Assembly (NCBI GenBank): GCA_023138735.1
Contig: JAGLOY010000085.1
Coordinates: 6,657 to 70,656 of the forward strand
Reading direction: 5' to 3'
DNA from: Candidatus Aegiribacteria sp.
Lineage (GTDB): Bacteria > Fermentibacterota > Fermentibacteria > Fermentibacterales > JCC-6
DNA length: 64,000 nucleotides
This document shows, one piece after another, positions 1 to 8,604 of the stretch. The position numbers and the translations under genes were made by a program. Numbering within the stretch: the first letter of the stretch is position 1; the number at the start of each line of letters is the position of its first letter. The notes under the pieces were generated by a model. That model did no database searches and was not told the origin of the DNA. It saw only the letters and a list, made by a program, of their open reading frames with translations.

Positions 1-349
1 CATATTCATTTAAATCTGTGATACTACGCCTAGTGTCTTTAAATAGAACGTCCATTTCAGTTCCGAGAAATGCCATTGGATATCTAGCCCAAAACACGAA
101 TGAAGGACCAGAAATCTTCTCCTTAATCAGCTCCAATATTGGGACATGTTCATATGGCTTGTATCCAAATACGAATGCAAGATAAGGAAATGATGACTTG
201 ATTGGAGTTTCAAGCTGATTAATAAGGATATCACCATGCTCTTCAAGTGCTTTCGGTATATCGACTGCACGAGCACAAATAGGTGTACACTCAAATGGGA
301 TCTCAATCAGCACTGATCCTTGAATACGAGAAGTTGAAATGTTTTTCAT
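1..349 (-). CDS. hypothetical protein, partial (N-terminal 116 aa; continues past left window edge)
   Basis: I translated the minus strand by hand from ATG at 349-347 (MKNISTSRIQGSVLIEIPFECTPICARAVDIPKALEEHGD...). The frame stays open to base 1. It is absent from the ORF track because no stop lies inside the window. No recognisable motif. Confidence 0.5.
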   Translation of the reverse strand, partial: MKNISTSRIQGSVLIEIPFECTPICARAVDIPKALEEHGDILINQLETPIKSSFPYLAFVFGYKPYEHVPILELIKEKISGPSFVFWARYPMAFLGTEMDVLFKDTRRSITDLNEY

Positions 350-432
350 AGTAGAATAATACTATTCCCAATATGGTAATTATGCAAGTTTCAGAATATG
401 TATATCTATATTGACTGTTCAGATTGATAAGA

Positions 433-455
433 TAGACACACCTATGGTGTGTCTA
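433..455. repeat. perfect 10-bp inverted repeat (tagacacacc-tat-ggtgtgtcta) in a 0.7-kb non-coding AT-rich spacer
   Basis: Read directly from the sequence. It is flanked by the direct-repeat words ctatattga(c/t)tg and aagatag. Confidence 0.6.
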
Positions 456-919
456 TATTGATTGAGCAGTAAGATAGTATATATCCAATAATAGCAACTA
501 TATAATGGATATATGATATGTATCTACATTAAGACTAGCCTTGTATCTTAGGTTGTACGATAGGCACTATACGCAAGGTAACCAATAAATTAGCCCCGTA
601 TGGTGTTATATGTCATTTGCAACTGAGAAAATCTACCATCAAGATAGACTCACATCAAGTGAAGTAATGAATTTCTACTCAAAATCATGAAGCATGATCA
701 TTATTCAGCGTATCAAGATATCGAAATTAATCACTAATAACATATAATGTGTTATGCAGTGGTGGACGCTTTTAGAACTCATTCAATAACTGAAAATATT
801 ACCTGAACTCTATACTTTCGAACCTCTGGAATGTACGCTGTGTAAGTCGGTTAAAAACAAGGTTTCCAGTCAATATTCTAGCTTTGTGTAGTATTTATAT
901 TTGATGGCCTATCATTACT

Positions 920-949
920 TTGACATTGCTATGTATGACTCTGTATCAT
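920..949 (+). promoter_or_regulatory. candidate sigma70-type promoter for the 1057 gene, overlapped by two 14-nt direct repeats
   Basis: TTGACA (920-925), an 18-nt spacer, then TATCAT (944-949). Direct repeats tatcattact(t/c)tga at 910-923 and 944-957 overlap the -35 and -10 hexamers. AT-rich context raises the false-positive risk. Confidence 0.35.
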
Positions 950-1056
950 TACTCTGATCCGGGATTGTAGTGTAATCGGTTATAAGAACCTCTTCAGACT
1001 TCTCTACCTATTACTTTGAATCCAAATAGCGCTCAATAATCATATGGAGGTGGAGC

Positions 1057-2433
1057 ATGAGCCAAAGACTGACCAAACTCATTGGAATATCATATTCTGA
1101 GTTCACAAGCATTGCTTCTGAACACAAAGAAATCCACCTTAGGCCAGCTCGACTTATTCCTATGCACAAGCCTGGTGATGAAATGGCTCTTACATCCATC
1201 TTCCTCAGTTCTCTGAAGTTAATCAAGGAATTCAGACGAGAGATATCATCAGCTGTCAGTATGAGCTCATCAGGAAGCATTCATCTTTTCACTGAAGTAA
1301 CATTCGAAAAATACCCAGATAAGCGAGTAGATGGTTTGATGCTTGTCGTTAGGGGTAACAAGATTAGTGATGCTGCCCTCTTTGAGCTGAAGAATAAGAA
1401 CAATGACCTTGATGATTCTCAGATACAGGATTACATTGGGATTGCGAAGTACTTCGCTATTCCTAGGATCATTACAGTATCGAATCAGTTTGTTTCAAAA
1501 CCAACTCAATCACCCTTGAACGTCAAACTCCCAAAGGATGTTTCTCTATATCACCTATCCTGGTCATACATACTCACCATTGCCCGACTACTTCTCTTTG
1601 ATAACAACATGAATATCAACGAACCAGATCAGGTAGAGATCATGGAGGAAGTAGTTAATTACCTTGAGCATAAGCAGTCAGGTGTCTGTGGCTTTACGAG
1701 CATGAAACCAGGATGGAAGGATGTCGTTCAGAAAACCAATGCTGGAGCTCCACTAAGATTCGATGCAAATGATGTTGATGAAGCTGTGTGCAGTTGGCTT
1801 CAGGAAGAGAAGGACATGGCTCTGATCCTGAGCAGAAGGCTTGGACAATTTGTTGAGTCTGGTGAGAAGAAGTTTAAAACAGATCTGCAGGGACGAATCG
1901 ATAATGAGAAGAAAGCCCTTATTGAGCAGAAATATCTCTTATCAACTCTGTCAGTTGACGGTGCTGTATCGAGTATCAGTGTACGAGCAAATTTAGATCG
2001 ACGGAATATTGTGATGTCAGTTTCCCTTAATCCCCCTCAAGACCGGAAAACAAGAGGTCAAATTAGCTGGCTCCGGTATCAACTTAAACGATGTCAAACG
2101 AAGAATCCAGATCTCTTTGAATCGCTTGCAAAGGAAATCAGGATAGGCATTGGTATCAAGTATTCCAGTAAATGTGAGAGGGTTTCAATAGAAGCTCTTG
2201 AAGATGTTTGGTTGAAACTAAAGGATTCAGTTATCAAAAGCTTCACGATTCTCCAGGTGAAGGATCTTGGGAGAAAATTCAGTAGCAGGACAAGCTTTAT
2301 CACAACTATTGAGAGTATGCTCCTCGATTATTATGAAGGAATCGTACAGCATTTAAAAAGGTGGGAGAAGCCTGCTCCGAAAATATCTAACAAAACGCTT
2401 CTAACTGATGAGGATAACCTCGAAGAATTATAG
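1057..2433 (+). CDS. hypothetical protein with N-terminal PD-(D/E)xK (restriction-endonuclease-like) motif set
   Basis: GGAGG RBS 7 nt upstream of the ATG. Motifs GDE...RVDGLMLVV-x13-ALFELKNK...QIQDY fit the E...D-x(n)-ExK nuclease core. The ~280-aa C-terminal region is unrecognised. Confidence 0.6.
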   Translation: MSQRLTKLIGISYSEFTSIASEHKEIHLRPARLIPMHKPGDEMALTSIFLSSLKLIKEFRREISSAVSMSSSGSIHLFTEVTFEKYPDKRVDGLMLVVRGNKISDAALFELKNKNNDLDDSQIQDYIGIAKYFAIPRIITVSNQFVSKPTQSPLNVKLPKDVSLYHLSWSYILTIARLLLFDNNMNINEPDQVEIMEEVVNYLEHKQSGVCGFTSMKPGWKDVVQKTNAGAPLRFDANDVDEAVCSWLQEEKDMALILSRRLGQFVESGEKKFKTDLQGRIDNEKKALIEQKYLLSTLSVDGAVSSISVRANLDRRNIVMSVSLNPPQDRKTRGQISWLRYQLKRCQTKNPDLFESLAKEIRIGIGIKYSSKCERVSIEALEDVWLKLKDSVIKSFTILQVKDLGRKFSSRTSFITTIESMLLDYYEGIVQHLKRWEKPAPKISNKTLLTDEDNLEEL

Positions 2434-2805
2434 CCTTTCTATACTCTATTGAACTTAACTACCTCGTGTTGAAGGTATTTCGAACACTGGTTCTGTTTGC
2501 TGATTAACAGCATGCTAGTAAGTGCGCCTACTAGTTGAATGAGGAAATTGGATATTGAGGGGATTCGGAATGCCTAACGGATTTACTGGCCATACTCCAA
2601 ATTGCGATTATTGGCATACAAGTATTCCCAGTTAGGTTTTTCACTATATTGCAATGTGAATTGTTTTCAGCACATTCAGATTCTAGACGGAGTGTTAGGC
2701 AAATCGATTCATCCGAAGTGAAGATAGTGTTTGATGTGAAGTGGAGCGTAAAACAATGTATTTCAATATCCGAGTGTTCCCTCTAAACATCCATGGAATT
2801 TCTCG

Positions 2806-3339
2806 ATGAACAATGATTTTGATGCATTCGCAGAGGATTTACTTGTTGAACGCAATCCCAGACCACTTTTCATAGTTGGCGCAGCAAAGGTCGATAATCT
2901 ACTTTTCCAGACTCTCACCAAATACCTATTGGATAAGACAGCGAAATCGAAAAATCATGATGAATTGCTTGAGGGAGATAGACCACTTTCGACTTTCAGT
3001 GCGCGTATTAAATTGTCTTACAGGTTAGGCTTAATTGACTCTTCACTATTCAAGACTCTTGAAAAGTTACGAACTCTCCGGAATATATGCGCTCATTCCA
3101 TTGATTTCAGAGTATCTAAGAGTCCTGTGCGTGAACACATTAAGGAGCTTCGGAAACAACTAGGCAGTCGGCAATCATATCACCTTACTAGAAAGCGTTA
3201 TTTCGACAATGAAGAACTATCCGGCATCGAAGAACTGCAGTGCTTGCTTTTAGTCCTATGTGTTCTCCTTGAAGCTATCCGGAGAAAAACAAGGAGAACG
3301 AGAGCAGGTCTTCACACCCGTACAATCTCATCTAAGTAG
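2806..3339 (+). CDS. MtlR-like / DUF4145-like HEPN domain protein
   Basis: LSTFSARIKLSYRLGLIDSSLF...LRTLRNICAHS. The helix pair resembles the MtlR family, and RNICAH fits the Rx4H HEPN signature. Confidence 0.7.
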   Translation: MNNDFDAFAEDLLVERNPRPLFIVGAAKVDNLLFQTLTKYLLDKTAKSKNHDELLEGDRPLSTFSARIKLSYRLGLIDSSLFKTLEKLRTLRNICAHSIDFRVSKSPVREHIKELRKQLGSRQSYHLTRKRYFDNEELSGIEELQCLLLVLCVLLEAIRRKTRRTRAGLHTRTISSK

Positions 3340-3355
3340 TAGATCGGAGGAATAA

Positions 3356-4465
3356 ATGGTACAAGAATCAGCTTCTATCCTTAGAGTACCCGTTGTAAGG
3401 TCTAACATTCTCGGTGTTAAAGTATACAGAGGCTTTGCGAAAGTATGTGATTTAGCGGATATTTCCAATGCGGATATTTACGATCAAAAGAATAATCCTC
3501 TGGGAACACAGCGCGATTTGAGTCCTGCTCACGCACGAGAAGCATATGAATATGTAAAAACAAAAGATTTTGGTTTTTGGCCAGAAGTATTTCTTTGTGT
3601 ACGTAATAGAAAGTGTATAACATATCATGTGTTGTCAGATGAATTAGATGATCTTGGTATACTTGAAATTGATGTTGCTGCAGCAACTTCAGGGGATACC
3701 ATCGCCATATCCCGTGTTGATGGGAACCATAGACTTCACTATGGAGATGGAGTGGAAAAGGGTTACGTGCGAATAACTAAACTTGTCTCATTTTGCCTAG
3801 CATATGACCTAAATCGCGAAGAAGAGATCCAACTATTCAAGGACATTAACAAGAACCAAAAAGCGATGAATACGAGTCACCTTGATGGCATTGAAGTAAG
3901 ATTGACTTCGGAAGATGAACTCAAGAAAAGAAAACCTGAATTGTATATTGCTCAGCGCCTTCATAGGGATCCAACGAGTCCACTTCATGATCGAATATAC
4001 GAAGGTGGCAAGAAACCCGTTGGAGTTGACATCCCGCTTCGTGGATTGAAGTCAGGTATTCAATACATGCTTTCTCGATCAACACAGCTACCGAGGTTAC
4101 TTGATTCTGAAGCGCAGTATAGGGTAATCCGCAATTACTTTTCGTCAGTCAAGGAATGGCAACCGAAGGCTTGGTCAAATCCAAAGGAGTATATCTTGCT
4201 TCGAGGTGCAGGGCTGTGGGCTGTTTGTTTCCTTGGAGCGCATGTTATTGATCGAGCACTGGTTCAAGATAAGTTCGATATTGAGTATATGCTAGGCATT
4301 TTAAGATCAGGGAGGGAGTGGGATTGGGGGCGTAAAGGGGATTTTGTTGGTTTCAGCGGAAGAGGTGGAGCACTGGAGATCAGTAATCGAATCGCCCGCA
4401 AGCTTGAAGATGAGAACAAGATGTCCACTGATGACTTGTTTAGAAGTATTATGTCCTCCGATTAG
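3356..4465 (+). CDS. DGQHR-domain (DndB/DpdB-like, ParB/Srx fold) protein
   Basis: GGAGG RBS 5 nt upstream, and only 17 nt after the HEPN gene. Motifs GTQRDLSPAHAREAYEYV and ISRVDGNHRLHYG (a DGQHR variant). Confidence 0.75.
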   Translation: MVQESASILRVPVVRSNILGVKVYRGFAKVCDLADISNADIYDQKNNPLGTQRDLSPAHAREAYEYVKTKDFGFWPEVFLCVRNRKCITYHVLSDELDDLGILEIDVAAATSGDTIAISRVDGNHRLHYGDGVEKGYVRITKLVSFCLAYDLNREEEIQLFKDINKNQKAMNTSHLDGIEVRLTSEDELKKRKPELYIAQRLHRDPTSPLHDRIYEGGKKPVGVDIPLRGLKSGIQYMLSRSTQLPRLLDSEAQYRVIRNYFSSVKEWQPKAWSNPKEYILLRGAGLWAVCFLGAHVIDRALVQDKFDIEYMLGILRSGREWDWGRKGDFVGFSGRGGALEISNRIARKLEDENKMSTDDLFRSIMSSD

Positions 4466-5030
4466 ATACCGGAACACTTACGTTGCGGGTTTCATCAGGA
4501 CCAAGAGGGTGAAGATGCTGAATATTTATCACATAAAGAGCTTGGAATACTTGATGAAGATCACGAACGAGGATGGAGAGCTACAATGAGGTACGTCCCC
4601 ACACCGCTCTGAATGGCTTACTGGAGTCTATCTATCAGGAGTAATCACACAGGACACTGGCAAACCTTTGAGTGTATTAGTTGATTGAAAAGCGCACATA
4701 CATTGTTTCACTAAATACGGCCACTCCCATTACATTGAGGGCAAGTACGCCCTGCTGGACCTAGCATCATAGATTCCTTGATGAGCTCATATGTTGCGGA
4801 TTCGATCATACCTATTTTCAATCGAAGTCTTAGCCCTGTAAGTAGGGTGCCTTTACTGTAGATAGTGATGTAATTTACTAACAATAATTCGATTGATATG
4901 TAATCTATCAGAAACGCTATTTAAGGACAAAACAGTTAGTAGCATGATAATACCAATATTAGATGAGATAATCGATTCTGAGTGGTTTATGGTGCTTCAG
5001 CAACTGTTGAGATTCTTGTGCGTTATCTGA

Positions 5031-6113
5031 TCATAGCGATAGAATATCTCGAATTATAAGATAAGTATAGATGAAGTATCTCTCAGCCTCTTCGCGGGAG
5101 TATATCTCAGAATGAGAACCCTTTTGTGCAGCATGGAAGATTGCATCAAGTCTGTTCCCAAGATACTCAAGAGATGATCCAACGATTTCAATGAATCGGT
5201 TTGAGGAACTTCGATCCTCAACGTAGCACATTATGCGATTAATGTAATTCTCCGGACCAATCGCAATCGATTTTCCATCAGAAGAGGTGCGATAACCTCT
5301 TTCAGGAGGATAAACCTTATCAGCTAACATCTGGAGTAATCTTCGCATTGAGTGGACTGCGTTAGACCAATGTTCTCGGTTATCAATTTCGAGATTCTCG
5401 AGTATTGCTATGAGTTTTGGAATCATCCCTGGGATACACTCTCTGATCAACTGATCTGCAGAAAAGAATATGTGCCAAAGTGTATCGTTTATGAGTAGTT
5501 GTGTGTGTATTTCATTGTTAATAATCACTTCATTAGACACCATTTCAAGGACATACTCTCTGGCCGAATATGTGCCTAAAGTCACATCAACAATTTCATC
5601 TGGTATATAGATTTCCCAAGAATTATCCTTTACAATCCTAATTGACCATCCAGTCATAATCTCCGCAATGTGCAGAATTTCATTTAACTGAATTAATGGG
5701 CAATGTGGATCATCCTCGAAATTACCTGGATTGACTGATGGATTCTCAAGATTTTCCTTGTAAACAATTGAAGCAACTTCAACAAGACGGACTGCTGCTG
5801 CAAGAAGGTTTTCCCAGTTATCTAAGCAGAATAATCCAAGAATGGTCGGTTTTATTAGAGCTCTGCCCGATCTATTCTCTCCAGGACTCCTATTGCATTG
5901 CTCAATTAACCTTGGATCCGTCTTAAGTAATTTTTCAACATATGGTCGATCCTTTACTCTAAGAATGTACTCTTTCCTGGAAATATAATCGGTGTTTTCA
6001 AGCCAATATTGCCAAGCAATTTCAACAGCATTTCTCTCAGTATCTGTTAAGAACTTTCTGATCTGATCCAGTTTCTCACAAGTGGGTTCAATTTCCTTAT
6101 TTATCATTTTCAT
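5031..6113 (-). CDS. hypothetical protein; C-terminal region with possible HEPN-type Rx5H motif
   Basis: 360-aa ORF. LEYLGNRLDAIFHAAQKGSHS (R-x5-H) sits in a helical C-terminal third. No other motif recognised. Confidence 0.5.
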   Translation of the reverse strand: MKMINKEIEPTCEKLDQIRKFLTDTERNAVEIAWQYWLENTDYISRKEYILRVKDRPYVEKLLKTDPRLIEQCNRSPGENRSGRALIKPTILGLFCLDNWENLLAAAVRLVEVASIVYKENLENPSVNPGNFEDDPHCPLIQLNEILHIAEIMTGWSIRIVKDNSWEIYIPDEIVDVTLGTYSAREYVLEMVSNEVIINNEIHTQLLINDTLWHIFFSADQLIRECIPGMIPKLIAILENLEIDNREHWSNAVHSMRRLLQMLADKVYPPERGYRTSSDGKSIAIGPENYINRIMCYVEDRSSSNRFIEIVGSSLEYLGNRLDAIFHAAQKGSHSEIYSREEAERYFIYTYLIIRDILSL

Positions 6114-6146
6114 CCTTGTTGTTAATTATAACCTTCATTAGTATTC

Positions 6147-6160
6147 TAAGAATATATTCT
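6147..6160. promoter_or_regulatory. 14-bp perfect palindrome aagaatatattctt in a divergent intergenic region
   Basis: Read directly. It lies between the start codons at 6113 (-) and 6238 (+). AT-rich palindromes can arise by chance. Confidence 0.25.
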
Positions 6161-6237
6161 TCACAAGTCTATCTCGTCTAATCAATTATAGATAGCACTA
6201 CATTAAAAGAATACTTCTCGATAACGTTTGGACACTA

Positions 6238-8439
6238 ATGGGTGCAAAGAGAATCAAACCATCAGACTATAATCAACTCGCTTCCTTAAGGGACTTCAAA
6301 TGGATTGGTCCATTTCCTAGAACGACAAAGATTAAAACTACTTGGGAATGCGAAGCGGGGCATCAATGGGAGCAGCACTATAATGCAATTCAACAAGGTA
6401 GAGGTTGTCCACATTGCGCTGGATTAGTACCGAAAAACAAGGATGATTATGAACTCCTTGCTAGAGAACGTGGATTTAAATGGCTCGGTCCTTTTCCTAA
6501 AAGTGCTCATGCAAAAACCGAGTGGCGTTGTCCTGATGGACATACCTGGTATGCAACATATAGTAAGATCCGAATGGGAAGAGGTTGTCCGGTCTGTGCT
6601 GGGCATATGCGTAAAACTCCGAGAGAATATCACGAACTTGCTAAATCCCTTGGCTTACAATGGATTGGTACAGAGGTGCAGAACACGAACACATGTACTC
6701 GATGGAAATGTCCCTGTGGATTTGAATGGGAAGCAACATTCAAGAGTATTCGTGTTGGAGCTGGTTGTCCTGATTGCACTCAGAAAAGACTTTCAGATGA
6801 AAAACGAATAAAACCTGATCAATACACTCAGCTTGCAGAGTATCGAGGAATAATATGGCTTGGTCCTGAAGTACTATCTACAAGTGAGAAAACAAAATGG
6901 AAATGCAAGCAAGGACATACTTTTGAATCTCCATATAACTCAATTCAGGGAGGTCATGGTTGTCCAATCTGCGCAGGGAACCTTCCCAAAACTCTTGAAG
7001 ATTATCACAAACTTGCGAAGGATTGCTCTCTTGAGTGGTTAGGACCTAGTTCAGAGAATACGAGAACGAAGACTAGATGGCGATGCAAGAATGGTCATGT
7101 ATGGAAAGGATCATATGGAAGTGTTCTTAGGAGTCGAGGCTGTCCACTGTGTGCTATAAAGAGAGCAGCTGCAGCTCGACGATTCAAAAATAAAGAATAT
7201 CATGCGTTGGCTAAGGAAAGAGGATACAAGTGGCTTGGTCCTGAAGTCCTGAACACTCAATCAAAGACACGATGGTTATGTCCAAACGGACATGCAATTG
7301 AGACTACTTACTCTCATTTGCAGCAAGGAGGGGGTTGCGTAATTTGTTTAGGACTTGAGCGAAAGACACCAGATGATTTTAAAGCCCTAGCAGAAGTGCG
7401 CGGCTTTTTGTGGCTAGGTCCGGTAGTTCCTAATGTTCACACAAAGACTCAGTGGAAATGTTCTCTTGGGCATATTTGGGAAACCTCATTTAGCTCGATT
7501 CAACAAGGGCATGGATGTCACAAATGTGGAATTGAAAAAAGAACTGCTTTGAGACGAAGAAAACCTATTGATTACAAACACCTCGCTTCTGAACATGAGC
7601 TGAAATGGTTGGGACCAACTGTAAAAAGTACTGGCACTAAGACAGCTTGGGAATGCGCAGAAGGGCATATATGGGATGCACCATATAGCATGATAAGTGG
7701 TGGTCACGGTTGTCCTTACTGTGCTGGATTAGCTCCAAAGATAAAAGCAGACTATAAAAAACTAGCAAGAGATAAAGGTTTTGAATGGATAGGTGAGTAT
7801 CCTAGTAGAGTGAAGCTTAAAACTAGATGGCGCTGTCAAAATGGACACGAATGGGATGCACCGTATGCAAATCTTGATAATGGTTATGGTTGCCCACATT
7901 GTGCTCAACGTGCACCAAAAAAACCTGAGGATTTTAGGACCTTAGCAGAAAGTAGAGGGTTTACTTGGCAAGGTCCAATTGTTAGGGGAAATAGTGCTAA
8001 AACAGAATGGATGTGTCCTGAAGGACATACATGGAAAGCAAACTATAACAGTATCGACCAGGGAAGTGGGTGTCCAATCTGCCAGGATATGGTTAATGGT
8101 GTTCGAGTTTCCAACCTTCAGCGGAAATTATGTAGAACACTTAATGGAAAGCTCAATCTTAAGGTTGGAAGATACAGTATTGATATAGCCATTATTAGAG
8201 AAGGGAATCTGATCGCAATTGAGTATGATGGCTGGTATTGGCATGGGAATAAGACTGATCAAGACAATAGAAGAGATAGGAAGCTTATTGAAAAGGGTTG
8301 GCGTGTCCTCAGAGTAAAATCTAATCAAAGCCTTCCGACAAGAAACCAGCTTAATTCAGCAATAGATTCCCTTATTGAAGGTGAGGATTATGCTGAAATC
8401 ATATTGGACGATTGGGGAGTCGGAGCTATACTACATTAA
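6238..8439 (+). CDS. protein with ten tandem zinc-ribbon repeats (DUF4379-like) fused to a C-terminal Vsr/DUF559-type PD-(D/E)xK endonuclease domain
   Basis: Ten units of the form (D/E)Y..LA...G..WLGP.....KT.W.C..GH.W...Y..I..G.GCP.C. The tail RYSIDIAIIREGNLIAIEYDGWYWH...DNRRDRKLIEKGWRVLRVKS matches the DUF559/Vsr core. Confidence 0.8.
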   Translation: MGAKRIKPSDYNQLASLRDFKWIGPFPRTTKIKTTWECEAGHQWEQHYNAIQQGRGCPHCAGLVPKNKDDYELLARERGFKWLGPFPKSAHAKTEWRCPDGHTWYATYSKIRMGRGCPVCAGHMRKTPREYHELAKSLGLQWIGTEVQNTNTCTRWKCPCGFEWEATFKSIRVGAGCPDCTQKRLSDEKRIKPDQYTQLAEYRGIIWLGPEVLSTSEKTKWKCKQGHTFESPYNSIQGGHGCPICAGNLPKTLEDYHKLAKDCSLEWLGPSSENTRTKTRWRCKNGHVWKGSYGSVLRSRGCPLCAIKRAAAARRFKNKEYHALAKERGYKWLGPEVLNTQSKTRWLCPNGHAIETTYSHLQQGGGCVICLGLERKTPDDFKALAEVRGFLWLGPVVPNVHTKTQWKCSLGHIWETSFSSIQQGHGCHKCGIEKRTALRRRKPIDYKHLASEHELKWLGPTVKSTGTKTAWECAEGHIWDAPYSMISGGHGCPYCAGLAPKIKADYKKLARDKGFEWIGEYPSRVKLKTRWRCQNGHEWDAPYANLDNGYGCPHCAQRAPKKPEDFRTLAESRGFTWQGPIVRGNSAKTEWMCPEGHTWKANYNSIDQGSGCPICQDMVNGVRVSNLQRKLCRTLNGKLNLKVGRYSIDIAIIREGNLIAIEYDGWYWHGNKTDQDNRRDRKLIEKGWRVLRVKSNQSLPTRNQLNSAIDSLIEGEDYAEIILDDWGVGAILH
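6265..8088 (+). repeat. in-frame coding tandem repeat array, 10 units of about 60-65 codons
   Basis: I counted ten GCPxC-type knuckles in the translation. The units are diverged at nucleotide level. Long (65-aa) and short (60-aa) units alternate in units 2-7. Confidence 0.8.
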
Positions 8440-8604
8440 GCTATGTTACTTGCGTATGGAATATGATAAGTGCTGAAAGAATCGAATATTCAAAGCTATT
8501 ATGAGTGAAATCCAGGTGATCGATTAGTGAATGTTCAACGGTTCACTGTGATATTGTTTGATAGCCATTCTTGAAGAAATCCTGAATCTTGAAAGGATAT
8601 ATCA

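Noticed and set aside
1011-1280. Minus-strand 89-aa ORF overlapping the start of the PD-(D/E)xK gene.
   Set aside because: It is antisense to a longer ORF that has a strong RBS, and it has no motif.
4344-4589. Plus-strand 81-aa ORF overlapping the 3' end of the DGQHR gene and running into the 0.56-kb spacer.
   Set aside because: It is in an alternative frame to the DGQHR coding region for its first half and has no RBS or motif. The spacer 4466-5030 otherwise shows nothing I can call.
6238-8439. About 180-nt periodicity considered as a possible CRISPR or other non-coding repeat array.
   Set aside because: The periodicity lies within one uninterrupted ORF. The units are conserved at protein level (zinc-ribbon motif) but diverged at DNA level, and there is no repeat/spacer structure.
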